Virus record (IMG/VR): IMGVR_UViG_3300036760_000522 | Coordinates: 1 to 64,000 of that record | Strand: one strand, 5' to 3' | DNA length: 64,000 nucleotides | Shown here: in pieces, positions 24,541 to 34,519 of the stretch | How the letters are laid out: every line of letters begins with the position of its first letter | Numbering within the stretch: the first letter of the stretch is position 1 | Notes under the pieces: model-generated | Databases searched by the model: none | Seen by the model: only the letters and a program-made list of their open reading frames with translations | Told to the model about the DNA's origin: nothing | Made by a program: the position numbers and the translations under genes

Positions 24541-25752
24541 ATGTTGGAATGGTTGGTGTCGTTAACGGCGAATCCGGTATTTGGTGGTTTTCTTGGAGGG
24601 GCAGTTGTCGCTGGTGGCCTCTGGCTCCTACGCAACATTCCAGGTCAAGCAGCTAACTTCATACTTTGGCGGTTTGGAGCTTCGTTGATGGTCTTTAGCG
24701 AGGACGCGGCTTTCGAGCGTATGAACGAGTGGCTCAGCTCTCTTGAATACACCAAGAGGTGCCGCCGGCTGCGGCTCACGACAACCTACGACGAGGATAC
24801 CAGAACGGAGCAAGAAGTTGTAGCCCCAGGTATCGGCTCACATCTGTTTTGGTATCGAAACAGACCGATTCTCGTGAAGCGTTCCATCCCTGACAAGGGC
24901 GGACTCGGCAGCTGGAAGCGGTTCGAGGACATTGAAATCAAATCGTTTGGCTCGCCGAACCTGCTGAGGGATCTTGTACAAGACGTGAAGCTCGCGCGTC
25001 AGGAGCGGAACTCGAGAACCATCAACGTGTACCTTTATCGACACCGTTGGAGGCTGGCTGCGCGGAAACCGAAACGGGAACTCGACACAGTAATCTTGGA
25101 GGAGACAACCAAGAAATTGATTGTCTCGGATGCCGAATGGTTCATTGCGTCGCGGCGTCGTTATGACGAACTCGGACTGCCTTACCGTCGTGGTTACCTC
25201 TTTGAGGGCCCGCCAGGATGCGGTAAAACAACTCTTGCCATGGCGCTAGCCAGCCATTTGACGCGTCCGATTTACGCGCTCAATCTTGGCAGTGTCGTCA
25301 ACGACGACATGTTGATCGACGCTGTTTGCGAAGTGCCAGAGCATGCCATTCTCTTACTTGAAGACATCGACGCGACAGAAGCCAGCGTCATGCGACGGCC
25401 CGCAGAGGAGACCAAGGCACCTGTGCAACAACCGCCACCCGGAGCAATGTTTGTAGCTCGTCTGCGGAAACAGATAGAGGACAGCAAGGCTATCGCCGTT
25501 GTTTTAGCGTTCGAGTCCTGGCTTAGAAGCGCACCAATAGGCACACCACGAAGCGCTATACCGGATGATTTGTCTACAGATCCGTTGCGTGAGGAGGGAC
25601 TATTCGTCACTGTCGAAACGCCCAACAAATGTGAAGGCAGATTTGCCAAGATCCGACGTGACGAAAGTGGGAAACCCAGTCTCGACGAATGGGAGTATTT
25701 CACAGGAACCCACGGACGCTTCGTACGGCTACTCCCGCCCATTTGGCAGTGA
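24541..25752 (+). CDS. BCS1-like AAA ATPase, apparently truncated and fused to an unrelated C-terminal domain
   Basis: N-terminal TM segment, BCS1_N-like region, RRGYLFEGPPGCGKT, ILLLEDID; sequence leaves the AAA pattern after Walker B. Confidence 0.7.
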   Translation: MLEWLVSLTANPVFGGFLGGAVVAGGLWLLRNIPGQAANFILWRFGASLMVFSEDAAFERMNEWLSSLEYTKRCRRLRLTTTYDEDTRTEQEVVAPGIGSHLFWYRNRPILVKRSIPDKGGLGSWKRFEDIEIKSFGSPNLLRDLVQDVKLARQERNSRTINVYLYRHRWRLAARKPKRELDTVILEETTKKLIVSDAEWFIASRRRYDELGLPYRRGYLFEGPPGCGKTTLAMALASHLTRPIYALNLGSVVNDDMLIDAVCEVPEHAILLLEDIDATEASVMRRPAEETKAPVQQPPPGAMFVARLRKQIEDSKAIAVVLAFESWLRSAPIGTPRSAIPDDLSTDPLREEGLFVTVETPNKCEGRFAKIRRDESGKPSLDEWEYFTGTHGRFVRLLPPIWQ

Positions 25753-25783
25753 GGTGTTCTCGTGCTAGAGTCTCTGTGATCAT

Positions 25784-26203
25784 ATGAAACCACAAGAACG
25801 CGTCGCGCAACGCTTCCAGCGTGAAGCGATGGCCAGGGGCACGCTTGTCGTGGACGAGAATGTCCAGGCGCTTGCAGCAGCTTTGAAGGACGCCAATATT
25901 CGTGTGATCATTCCGCCAAGCGGCATGCCTGATGAGCAGATCAAGCCAGCTCTCTTGTCAAACCGGATCATTGTGACACGGAACTCGAAAGACTTTGTAC
26001 ATGATGCTAGTGTTTACGATTGTGGCATCGTGTCTCTTGACAAGTTGAGCTTCATCGATGCGTCCCCGAACTACGAGACGAACAAAACAGCTCAGCTCAT
26101 CTCGCGCGCGATCAAGGACTACGATTTGTGGTCGAAGCGCAGCGGCTTTATCTTGGTCCTACACGACAACGGTCGACACGTTTTGCGGCCGTTGACTGTC
26201 TGA
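25784..26203 (+). CDS. PIN-like (DUF5615-type) domain protein, paralog of 835-1275
   Basis: VDENV...PDEQI...IIVTRNSKDF. Confidence 0.6.
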   Translation: MKPQERVAQRFQREAMARGTLVVDENVQALAAALKDANIRVIIPPSGMPDEQIKPALLSNRIIVTRNSKDFVHDASVYDCGIVSLDKLSFIDASPNYETNKTAQLISRAIKDYDLWSKRSGFILVLHDNGRHVLRPLTV

Positions 26204-26204
26204 T

Positions 26205-26711
26205 TTACGGTTGGCGAGGATCCTGGGGAGGAACATCCTCTTGGCCACCCAACACTTCGGTAGCACCTCCGATTCGGAGACCTCTTCCGTACCAAGCCTC
26301 GCGCCGTCTCGAGGCAATGTTCCACGCTTCGAGACACTTGGACAAGAACTCCGCTAGGATGAAGTCTGGCGTGTCCGATCCGTTTTCCTGACAATGCCTG
26401 TTTATTAGGCATTCCAGATCACGTTCAAATGCTGTTTGGGGTTCCGCTGGTTCAACTGGAGGAGTTGTGTGGGAAGGTCTCGCCACCGTTGGCTCGGGGT
26501 TGGATTGTTCTATCAAGCGGTTTGGATCGTCACTGTGCGATCTCTCTTCAGGTTCCATTTCCTCAGACGTGAAAGACCACAAGTACCACTGGCGCCGACA
26601 TTCGGAACAGTTGACCGTGCGGAAATAATCGGGGTCGTTCATGACAACCCAATTGGGTACGTCGTGGCCTCCGCAGAGCGCTTTACCGTGCCGCAAAATG
26701 TGAATCGTCAT
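26205..26711 (-). CDS. hypothetical phage protein
   Basis: LINRHCQENGSDTPDFILA.FL..CL pattern. Confidence 0.6.
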   Translation of the reverse strand: MTIHILRHGKALCGGHDVPNWVVMNDPDYFRTVNCSECRRQWYLWSFTSEEMEPEERSHSDDPNRLIEQSNPEPTVARPSHTTPPVEPAEPQTAFERDLECLINRHCQENGSDTPDFILAEFLSKCLEAWNIASRRREAWYGRGLRIGGATEVLGGQEDVPPQDPRQP

Positions 26712-26726
26712 GTTCCCGACCGTTTT

Positions 26727-27020
26727 CTACTGTGAATGTTTGGTTTTGGAAAGGGCAATGTTCAATGCGTTAAGGATCGCGTCACCAATTTCTTCTACTG
26801 AGCCTTCACCATCAACCGTCACGATTGAGTTGCCTGGAAAAACATCAGGCAAAGCTTGGTAGAAACTGACGAGCCTGCGCTGTAGTGTTTCGTATTCGAA
26901 GAGCTCCGACTTTCCGCCACGGATAGCTCTTCGCTCACGCGCTGTTTTCACCGACGTTACGACTACGATGGTGAGGTCTGGCTTCGGAACACTTTGGTTT
27001 AATTTCTCGACCCATGTCAC
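26727..27020 (-). CDS. tmk: thymidylate kinase, C-terminal half
   Basis: PKPDLTIV...ARERR...ELFE; GTG start overlaps stop of N-half (GTGA). Confidence 0.65.
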   Translation of the reverse strand: MTWVEKLNQSVPKPDLTIVVVTSVKTARERRAIRGGKSELFEYETLQRRLVSFYQALPDVFPGNSIVTVDGEGSVEEIGDAILNALNIALSKTKHSQ

Positions 27021-27391
27021 GAGGTCTGTGTAGCGAGAGGGTCAGAGAGGCTTTGGTAACCAATGGAACTCCAAACCGCTCTGTCGCTGACAACAATCTT
27101 TCCGTCTTTGACCGCGGGTTCGATGACCGACTTGTAGTGGTCTCTCCGGTCTGCTGCAAAGAGCAGTGACATGGTTTCGATGTCGTGACAGGCTTCTGAC
27201 TCCCGAGTCAAGATCTTGCGGATCAGCTGTCCAATAGGCCGGCTCCTTTGGGGCTCTTCAGTCGACACGACTTTGTGGCCCTCGTTCCGGAGGTGGACGA
27301 CTAATCGGTCTCGTTGTGTCGTCGTTCCTGATCCGTCGACACCTTCGAGTGCGATGTGGTATCCCTTCTTAGCTGTTCGCGGTGAAGTCAT
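27017..27391 (-). CDS. tmk: thymidylate kinase, N-terminal half
   Basis: IALEGVDGSGTTTQ, LLFAADR, VSDR...SS.GYQ. Confidence 0.75.
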   Translation of the reverse strand: MTSPRTAKKGYHIALEGVDGSGTTTQRDRLVVHLRNEGHKVVSTEEPQRSRPIGQLIRKILTRESEACHDIETMSLLFAADRRDHYKSVIEPAVKDGKIVVSDRAVWSSIGYQSLSDPLATQTS

Positions 27392-27556
27392 TTTGGTACG
27401 TGACACCGATTCTACTCGATTTCTGGGGTCCGTGATTCGTAGTAGCTGGCATGACGGACTTGCACGAGGGGTATCTTGACGGTCTTTACGGCCGAGACCC
27501 AAATCAGTGCGATCTGTTCTTCGACACCCACGAATGTTGAGTCTGGAGGATCCCCG

Positions 27557-28342
27557 ATGAAGTTTACTACTGTCTCAACCACTAGTCACAAGAGAGTGAC
27601 GAAAGGCAAAACGCGGAACTTCAGCGCAACTCTGCTTGCGTCAGTTGAGAGCGCGTTCTTCCACTCGGCAGCTTATGGGAAACCTAAGCGCCCTGTCTAC
27701 CTGTCGCTCGCGGGGACCGGTTACACGATGCGTGCGATCCAAGCCAACTTGGGTCTCGGCAGTCACCTCTACGATGAGCGTGGCGATTCAGCTTTCGAGG
27801 TTCTGAAGTCCGAGAAGTTCGTGTCGGCTTTTCAAATCGAGCCGGAAGGTACGATCCTGTCCTTACATCACCCAGACTTGTTCCGGCTTGACCCTGGTTT
27901 CGTCGACCCGGAAGGAATCCAGTTCTTGATCTTGTTGCCGACCTACCTCAAAGGAGAGCCCACGTCTGACTCAGTCTCGCACGTGAAGCGCGTCTTTCCA
28001 GGTGTCGAAGAGTCAGACATTTTGAGCTTGAGGGCTCTAGCTCCATACTTCGCCGCGTACTTGGATCGTCGAACACGGTTTCCGCTGGTCGTCGATGAGC
28101 GGTTTTACCTACAACTGCTTGTGGCGTCTCTGGGAGAGGGGTTCGCGTCTCTGGCGGACAGCGACAACTTGTATTCTCGGAGCAGTGATAAGTTTGGTGT
28201 GCACCCGGGCCACGGCTTCGTCGCACAAGGACTCAATACGATGGGTTTCGAGCCCGCGCTTTCCTTCCGGGCAGGTCACGAGAATTTTGGTGTTTTCTTG
28301 TCCGAGGAAGTCCGGAAGTACTTCGACGCAGTGGGGGTGTGA
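27557..28342 (+). CDS. hypothetical protein
   Basis: GGAGGA RBS, 261-aa ORF. Confidence 0.65.
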   Translation: MKFTTVSTTSHKRVTKGKTRNFSATLLASVESAFFHSAAYGKPKRPVYLSLAGTGYTMRAIQANLGLGSHLYDERGDSAFEVLKSEKFVSAFQIEPEGTILSLHHPDLFRLDPGFVDPEGIQFLILLPTYLKGEPTSDSVSHVKRVFPGVEESDILSLRALAPYFAAYLDRRTRFPLVVDERFYLQLLVASLGEGFASLADSDNLYSRSSDKFGVHPGHGFVAQGLNTMGFEPALSFRAGHENFGVFLSEEVRKYFDAVGV

Positions 28343-28343
28343 A

Positions 28344-28544
28344 ATGTCGGAAAGCGACCTTGAAATTGCAGCCGCGTACACACGTCTCTTGCATGAGCCG
28401 GCCGTCGCTAAAGTGATGTTGACAGACTACGAATTCAAGATGGTATGTGAAGCACCGATCGTCTACGAGAAATTTGGTGGATTCACTTGGAAGCAACGCC
28501 GTTTGCTGAGGGAGATCGGCAAGAAGCTTGGAGTATTGTTGTGA
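28344..28544 (+). CDS. hypothetical protein
   Basis: coupled small ORF. Confidence 0.5.
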   Translation: MSESDLEIAAAYTRLLHEPAVAKVMLTDYEFKMVCEAPIVYEKFGGFTWKQRRLLREIGKKLGVLL

Positions 28545-28840
28545 TGATCGATTGCACGAAACACTGTCCGTGTTGCGGTAGTGTCAAATACTACTCGCCA
28601 GGAGAACCGAGACCGATCTTTCAAGGCTACACGTGTTGTTCAAAAGTCGACGAATGTGGGTTCAGTTCGAACGAGGTCGTCTGGCGTCGATGGCAGGCTT
28701 TGCGGGTGAGTCAGGCTGCTTGGGCGGTTGCTGTGACCCCCGAATTCTGTCCATCTCCCTCGCGGACTTGGACAGTAGCGGCGGCCAGATCGTACTATTA
28801 CTTGAACGCGGCAACGCAAACAGCAGAGGATGAAAAATGA
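28544..28840 (+). CDS. zinc-binding small protein
   Basis: HCPCC...CCSKVDEC. Confidence 0.5.
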   Translation: MIDCTKHCPCCGSVKYYSPGEPRPIFQGYTCCSKVDECGFSSNEVVWRRWQALRVSQAAWAVAVTPEFCPSPSRTWTVAAARSYYYLNAATQTAEDEK

Positions 28841-29049
28841 GCCAAACAATCACGCATGAGCTTTTCGCCGATCAACGCAGATGTGGCCTATTTACGCTGC
28901 CAGTCGACATTGAGCCGACCGCGGAGCAGATCGACGAGCTAGCCGGGTACGGCATGACGATCGAGGGCGGGATCGTATATTGTGAGGGCGTTGACGCGCA
29001 CATCCTGTCGCGCCGCGCTCGCGAGGCCCGTGTGGTGCTCGGGACATAG
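28837..29049 (+). CDS. hypothetical protein
   Basis: ATGA-coupled ORF. Confidence 0.5.
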   Translation: MSQTITHELFADQRRCGLFTLPVDIEPTAEQIDELAGYGMTIEGGIVYCEGVDAHILSRRAREARVVLGT

Positions 29050-29131
29050 TGCTGAGTGTCGGGCTGCTCAAGCAATACGTACTAAGCAACGGGATACCGG
29101 CAAGAAACACAGTCTTGAATCTAGGTCCAAC

Positions 29132-29704
29132 ATGTCGAAGGGACAGTTAAAGCGGGCTGCGGACCTGCGACGTCAAGGAATCAAAGTACGAAGACCTTCA
29201 GTGTCGCCTGAAACTTTGAAGAAAATGTCTTTAGCTCAAACTAGTAAGGTTGTTTCTGTTGAGGCGAGAGAAAATATGAGAGCTGCGGCTTTCCGTGCCG
29301 CTACTCCTGAACGTCGACAGATGTTGGCGGAGGTAGTCAGCCGACGTTCTGAGGATTGGAAAATTTGGTTTGCACAGAATCAAAAAGGTGTGCCGAAGTC
29401 CCTTGATCATCGGCTCAAGATTGCAGCTGCTAAGCTAGGTGTTCCAAGATCAGAAGAGACTAAACGGAAACTTTCTGAAGCGAACACAGGTAAGGGGCTA
29501 TACAAGAGTCTGGCGGATATTGACCAAGCGATTTTGTGTTACTTTAAGTCAACGGGTCGACGTCCAGTTGCACACAGTTCGCTCGATTGGGGGAAGGCGT
29601 GCGGTTGGTTACGGGCTCATCAAGACACGACGCTTGCAAAGAGATGTGACGCACTAGGCCTTCCTAGAAGAGCCACAAAACGTGTTGTTCCGGAAGGGAT
29701 TTGA
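29132..29704 (+). CDS. NUMOD3-repeat DNA-binding protein (homing-endonuclease-associated motifs)
   Basis: SPETLKKMS, KGVPKSLDHRLKIA, GVPRSEETKRKLSEAN repeats; no catalytic nuclease motif recognised. Confidence 0.6.
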   Translation: MSKGQLKRAADLRRQGIKVRRPSVSPETLKKMSLAQTSKVVSVEARENMRAAAFRAATPERRQMLAEVVSRRSEDWKIWFAQNQKGVPKSLDHRLKIAAAKLGVPRSEETKRKLSEANTGKGLYKSLADIDQAILCYFKSTGRRPVAHSSLDWGKACGWLRAHQDTTLAKRCDALGLPRRATKRVVPEGI

Positions 29705-29707
29705 GGG

Positions 29708-32700
29708 GTGGCACGGTTAAATTCAACAGCAATAGCGGGGTATTACCCGACTCCGGAACATCTAATTCCGAGGATTGCGAAACACCTTCGTGTGATTGAG
29801 TCCGATCAATGGTCGGGGGCGTGCGCTAGGTGGATGGATCCGTGCGCAGGTGATGGGGCTCTGATTTGTGATCTCGTTACTCGAGTGATGGATCAACCGG
29901 GCAAGGCAGGGCTCTACCTTTGTGAGCTTGAGAAGGAACGCGCTGAACGTTGCAAGGCCAAAGTCTATGAACTGTTCGGCTGGAAAGCTCAACAACAAGT
30001 TTTGCACGGGGACGCCTTTCACACGACTTTTGATGACGGTGACTGTGAAATCCTCTATCTGAATCCGCCGTATGATTTCGATCCGAAACACGTCCGTTTG
30101 GAGCAGAAGTTCCTTTCACGCTTCACGCAAGCGTTGCGACTCGACGGCGTGCTCGTCTTTGTTGTCCCGCATTATGCGCTTTCGGCTAGCGCTGAGCTTC
30201 TGGCCAAGGAGTACAAGGATCTCGTTTGTCTGAGATTTCCCGATCCTGACTACGCCACCTTCAAACAAGTTGTTGTGTTCGCCAGACGGTCGCGTCGTTT
30301 CGAACCGGATCCTGTGGTCGTTGCTCGCGTTCAAGCGTGGGCAGACTCAGTGGAGGGACTGCCCATTCTGGGGGAGACGTCGGCAGTCTACGAAGTCAAA
30401 GGGACGATGTACACAACAACGTGGAAGGTCCAAGAGTTGGATCTGCACGCTCTTGTCGCTAAGGCCCGCCCGTGGCACCAGACGACCCGTGAAGGGCTTC
30501 TTCCAGTTCCCCACACTCTGCCAACGACTCCCCCAGAGTCGCTCCTCTGGAGGCGTTACACGCTGGCTACTCCCCCTAGACCGGCGCACATCGCGAGCGG
30601 CCTCGCTACGGGTCTTTTCAACGGGCTTCGGATCAAGCCCGACACTGACACATCCGGGCTACCCGACCTCTTGGTCAAGGGGACTTTCGAACGAGAGTTC
30701 GTGCCTGTCGAGGATCGGCTTGACGCGGACGGCGTAATCATCGGCGCCGTGGAAGTTGAACGACCTCGGTTAAGTGTGACCTGCCTCAACCTGACAACGG
30801 GCACCTACCAGGAGTTGGGGACGCCTGGGAACCCTACGCTTGGTGACCTCTTGGCGAACTATCGCCAAAGCCTCATGGCTCAGATGCGACACCAATGCCC
30901 AGTCTTGTACGACCCGCAGGATCCCCCTGTTGTCACACTCAAGCCTGTCAGGCGGAAGCTGTACAAAGCTCAGGAGCACTCAGCCAAAGCGATCTTGAAA
31001 TTGCTTGAGCAACGCGAGACGAACCGATCAGCTATTTTGCTTGGCGAAATCGGCAGCGGCAAGTGTCTAGGTTTGGGCACCCTCGTGCTCAAATATGATG
31101 GGACACGCACACCTGTGGAGAGTATTCGTAAGGGGGATTTGTTGATGGGGCCCGACAGCAAGCCTCGCAAGGTTTTGAATACGACTAAAGGGACGGGTTC
31201 TCTTTACAAAGTTGTACCTGTTACTGGGGATTCTTGGATCTGCAATGACGCGCACATTCTGACTCTCGTACACACGATGAGTGATGAGATTTTTGACATA
31301 CCGTTAGCGCGTTATCGCAGTGGCCGCAGACTCAATTTGCGCTTGCGAAATGGACAGACTTCGCGAAGAACTACACATCCTGTTGAAGAGTTCAAGCAGT
31401 TCTTCCCGGAAAACGGAGTTGATTTTCCGGCTCAGGTAGTCACACCATTAGTTGATCCTTACTTTTTAGGTGTGTGGTATGGCGACGGGACTAAATTTAG
31501 TCTAAACGGGGTCAGTCGTTCTGTCGAAGTCACAACGGCGGACCAGGAGATCTTGTCGCTGTTGTCTACGATAGCCTCACAGTACAACTTGAAAGTCAGA
31601 GCCCGTAAAAATTCCAATCCCGACAATAAGGCGACCACTTACGCGCTCACTGTTGGGAACAGAGTCACAAAGAAGCCGTGGGCACACACGAGGGGTAACA
31701 GACCTAATCAACTTCTGCGACAGTTACAGGTATTGTACAAGGACGGGTTCCATCTGCCGCAAGAATATTTGACAGGCAGCCGTGAAGTGCGGAGAGCGTT
31801 TCTTGCGGGGCTGTTGGACTCAGACGGGTATCGGAACGGCCCTGGCGTTTTCGATTTCATTCAAAAGAAGCGAGAGTGGTCCGAAGACGTTTGCTTCTTA
31901 GCTCGTTCTCTAGGTATCAGGGCCACACTACGGAAGACAAGAAAATCCGCTTACCGTGGCGTTGCGGGTGACGTGTACTGGCGGGTCACCATGAGTGGGG
32001 ACTTTTCTGATTTGCCTTTACGTATTCCTCGTAAGCAAGGGCCAATGAGAGCTGCGGTGCGAAAGAATCGAGCCGGGGAGCCGAGTTACCGTCGCACGAA
32101 ACATGTAAGCCGCACGGGCATTCGTATTGGATCGATTGGCCTGGGTGAGTACGCAGGCTTCGAATTGAGTGGTGATGGACGGTTTTTACTAGGGGACTTC
32201 ACAGTCACACACAATACGAGCACGGTTTTAGCTGTCGCAAAAACGATCGCCAAAACTGTGTTCGTCATGTGTCCTCCGCACTTGCTCGACACGTGGAAGA
32301 ACGAGATCAAAGCGAACGTGCCGGAAGCACGTGTGCGTGTTTTGAAGACGATCGACAGTGTGAACCGTTTCGCTGAGGTCGTTGTTGAAAAGCCTCAGCT
32401 CACGATTGCGATCGTGTCGCGTGAGAGTGCCAAACTTGGCCACGGTTGGGAAGGTGTGGGCTCTGCATGTCCCAAGTGTGGCGCTGCAACGCCTGATACA
32501 GATTTAGCTCGGAAGCGCGCTCATTGCGAAGCTGTCGAAGTTCGTGCAGAGGACAGTCTCGCAAAGATGGCTGTTTCACTGGCTGCAACATTGTCTCGAT
32601 ACGCACCTAACCACTCAACGGTTCGAGCCTTGTTGAAGGGGCGTCATTGGTCACGGATTTTGACACATCGTGTAGCCAAAGCGAGTCCGCCTGCTTGGAG

Positions 32701-34519
32701 TGGTATTGAGCTGGAATCACTGACTGAGATTTTTGATCAGATTTTGATCAACCCCTCGGAGGACGGAATTCGTCTCTTTTTTAGGCTCTTGGCTGCGATC
32801 AAAAATCCAGCGGAGATCATACCGGATTTGGTGCGAAAGACTAAGGCGTGTATTGAAGCAAGCCCATATGCTTACCGCTTGGATTCTGTGGAGCGTGTGT
32901 TGGGGCTTTTCCTGCCACCAAACTCCGACCTTCAACGCTTTCTCGGTTTCAAGTTTTGGGATCACGATTTGGAGGCTATCGTGTCGACTGGTGTGTCGAC
33001 CGTTGGTGGTCGCCTTTGTTGGGCTGGGGGCACTCTCTTTTGTGATGACCGTCAAACAGGCTCTGTCGAGGCTGCCCTTGCGCTGCTTGACGAATTGATG
33101 TCTCAAGGCAAATTCACCATGTCCGATCCGTGTGGTGAGCCGTTGTTTGGTGCGTCAGCTCCGCGTCGTTATTCGTTGTCGAAGTATGTCGTCAGACATC
33201 ATCCGGATCTTTTCGATCTATTGATCCTAGACGAAGGGCACGAATACAGTAAAGCGGATACGGCCCAAGGATCGGCCGCACACAAGCTGATACAGCTTGG
33301 GATCCCGACCATTTTGATGACAGGGTCCCTCATGAACGGCTACGCACGAAGTCTGTTCATGAACCTGTGGAGTCTGTCGCCTGAGTTTCGACGCGAGTTC
33401 AATCGAAGCGACTTGCCACGGTTCGTGGATCGTTACGGTTACCGCAAGCGACTGATTGTCGAGGAGCAGGGGGAAGTTGTTGCCTACGGCTCTGTGTCGG
33501 ATCGTGTCGTGCGTGGAATCAAAATGCTCGGTGACGCACCAGGGGTCTTGCCGCTTCTCCTGTTCCGTCACCTCTTGCCGATCAGTGTGACGTTACACAA
33601 ATCGGACCTCGCTCTTGAGTTACCACGCTCAGAACTTCGACAGGTGCTCATTGATCCTGATCCTGCGACGAAGGCAAAGTACGACTTGTTGGTGCAAAGC
33701 CTCATGTCACAAATTAAAAAGGATCAGTTCGATGAGAAGCGCTCCGGGAAGCTCTTTGGTGCTCTAGCTGAGATCCCGAGCTACCTAGATCGCGCCACGT
33801 CGGACACAGGGAACACAGATTACGGGGACTACGAGATCCGATACCCTGCGAGCATTGGCGCTGAACTGGTTGCGTCAGCGCCAGCAATACCCGAGAGCGC
33901 CCGTCTCACCAAAGAAACTTGGCTGCTTGATACAGTTCAACAAGAACTCGACGAAGGGCGTCGAGTTCTTGTATTCTCGTGGCACACGTGCTTGTTACCG
34001 CGTCTTGCTCGGATCCTGTCCGAACACATCATGGAGCCCGTCCAGGTCCTTTACGCGGACAAGGTTCCGACCGGGAAACGTCAGCAGTGGATCGACACCA
34101 AGGTTGTCAAGAGGGACGTCCGCGTCATGGTCGCGAACCCGCTGACGGTACAAACAGGGCTCAACAATTTGGTACACTTCGCGACAGAGATCTGGCACGA
34201 GAACCCTGCGTGCAACCCGCTCATTTTCCGCCAGGCCATCGGTCGAGTGGATCGGATTAATCAGACCCTTGAGACCAGGATCCTGGTCCCTGTGTACCGA
34301 GGCACGATGCAAGAGACCGTCTACGATCTTTTGCTGCATAAGGTCGCCACGTCGACAGCCACCGATGGTGTGGACCCCTCAGCAGCGCTCATGGCGGTTG
34401 GTGGCGTCGAGGAAAACTATTCGGCGGGGCTCAGCCTCGGACGGGAGTTGTGGTCGGCGTGGACGCGGGGTGCCGGCGCGTCTCTAGTTCAAGCGCAGCG
34501 CGAAAAGCGGTCTGCTTGA
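29708..34519 (+). CDS. DNA methyltransferase-SF2/SNF2 helicase fusion containing an intein
   Basis: DPCAGDG (SAM motif I), NPPY (amino-MTase motif IV), GEIGSGK(T), DEGH, C-terminal QTGLN...QAIGRVDR. Confidence 0.85.
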   Translation: MARLNSTAIAGYYPTPEHLIPRIAKHLRVIESDQWSGACARWMDPCAGDGALICDLVTRVMDQPGKAGLYLCELEKERAERCKAKVYELFGWKAQQQVLHGDAFHTTFDDGDCEILYLNPPYDFDPKHVRLEQKFLSRFTQALRLDGVLVFVVPHYALSASAELLAKEYKDLVCLRFPDPDYATFKQVVVFARRSRRFEPDPVVVARVQAWADSVEGLPILGETSAVYEVKGTMYTTTWKVQELDLHALVAKARPWHQTTREGLLPVPHTLPTTPPESLLWRRYTLATPPRPAHIASGLATGLFNGLRIKPDTDTSGLPDLLVKGTFEREFVPVEDRLDADGVIIGAVEVERPRLSVTCLNLTTGTYQELGTPGNPTLGDLLANYRQSLMAQMRHQCPVLYDPQDPPVVTLKPVRRKLYKAQEHSAKAILKLLEQRETNRSAILLGEIGSGKCLGLGTLVLKYDGTRTPVESIRKGDLLMGPDSKPRKVLNTTKGTGSLYKVVPVTGDSWICNDAHILTLVHTMSDEIFDIPLARYRSGRRLNLRLRNGQTSRRTTHPVEEFKQFFPENGVDFPAQVVTPLVDPYFLGVWYGDGTKFSLNGVSRSVEVTTADQEILSLLSTIASQYNLKVRARKNSNPDNKATTYALTVGNRVTKKPWAHTRGNRPNQLLRQLQVLYKDGFHLPQEYLTGSREVRRAFLAGLLDSDGYRNGPGVFDFIQKKREWSEDVCFLARSLGIRATLRKTRKSAYRGVAGDVYWRVTMSGDFSDLPLRIPRKQGPMRAAVRKNRAGEPSYRRTKHVSRTGIRIGSIGLGEYAGFELSGDGRFLLGDFTVTHNTSTVLAVAKTIAKTVFVMCPPHLLDTWKNEIKANVPEARVRVLKTIDSVNRFAEVVVEKPQLTIAIVSRESAKLGHGWEGVGSACPKCGAATPDTDLARKRAHCEAVEVRAEDSLAKMAVSLAATLSRYAPNHSTVRALLKGRHWSRILTHRVAKASPPAWSGIELESLTEIFDQILINPSEDGIRLFFRLLAAIKNPAEIIPDLVRKTKACIEASPYAYRLDSVERVLGLFLPPNSDLQRFLGFKFWDHDLEAIVSTGVSTVGGRLCWAGGTLFCDDRQTGSVEAALALLDELMSQGKFTMSDPCGEPLFGASAPRRYSLSKYVVRHHPDLFDLLILDEGHEYSKADTAQGSAAHKLIQLGIPTILMTGSLMNGYARSLFMNLWSLSPEFRREFNRSDLPRFVDRYGYRKRLIVEEQGEVVAYGSVSDRVVRGIKMLGDAPGVLPLLLFRHLLPISVTLHKSDLALELPRSELRQVLIDPDPATKAKYDLLVQSLMSQIKKDQFDEKRSGKLFGALAEIPSYLDRATSDTGNTDYGDYEIRYPASIGAELVASAPAIPESARLTKETWLLDTVQQELDEGRRVLVFSWHTCLLPRLARILSEHIMEPVQVLYADKVPTGKRQQWIDTKVVKRDVRVMVANPLTVQTGLNNLVHFATEIWHENPACNPLIFRQAIGRVDRINQTLETRILVPVYRGTMQETVYDLLLHKVATSTATDGVDPSAALMAVGGVEENYSAGLSLGRELWSAWTRGAGASLVQAQREKRSA
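31064..32215 (+). mobile_element. intein (384 aa) with LAGLIDADG homing endonuclease
   Basis: Starts CLGLGT directly after Walker A Lys, ends VTHN, Thr+1; FLGVWYGDG and FLAGLLDSDG motifs. Confidence 0.92.
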
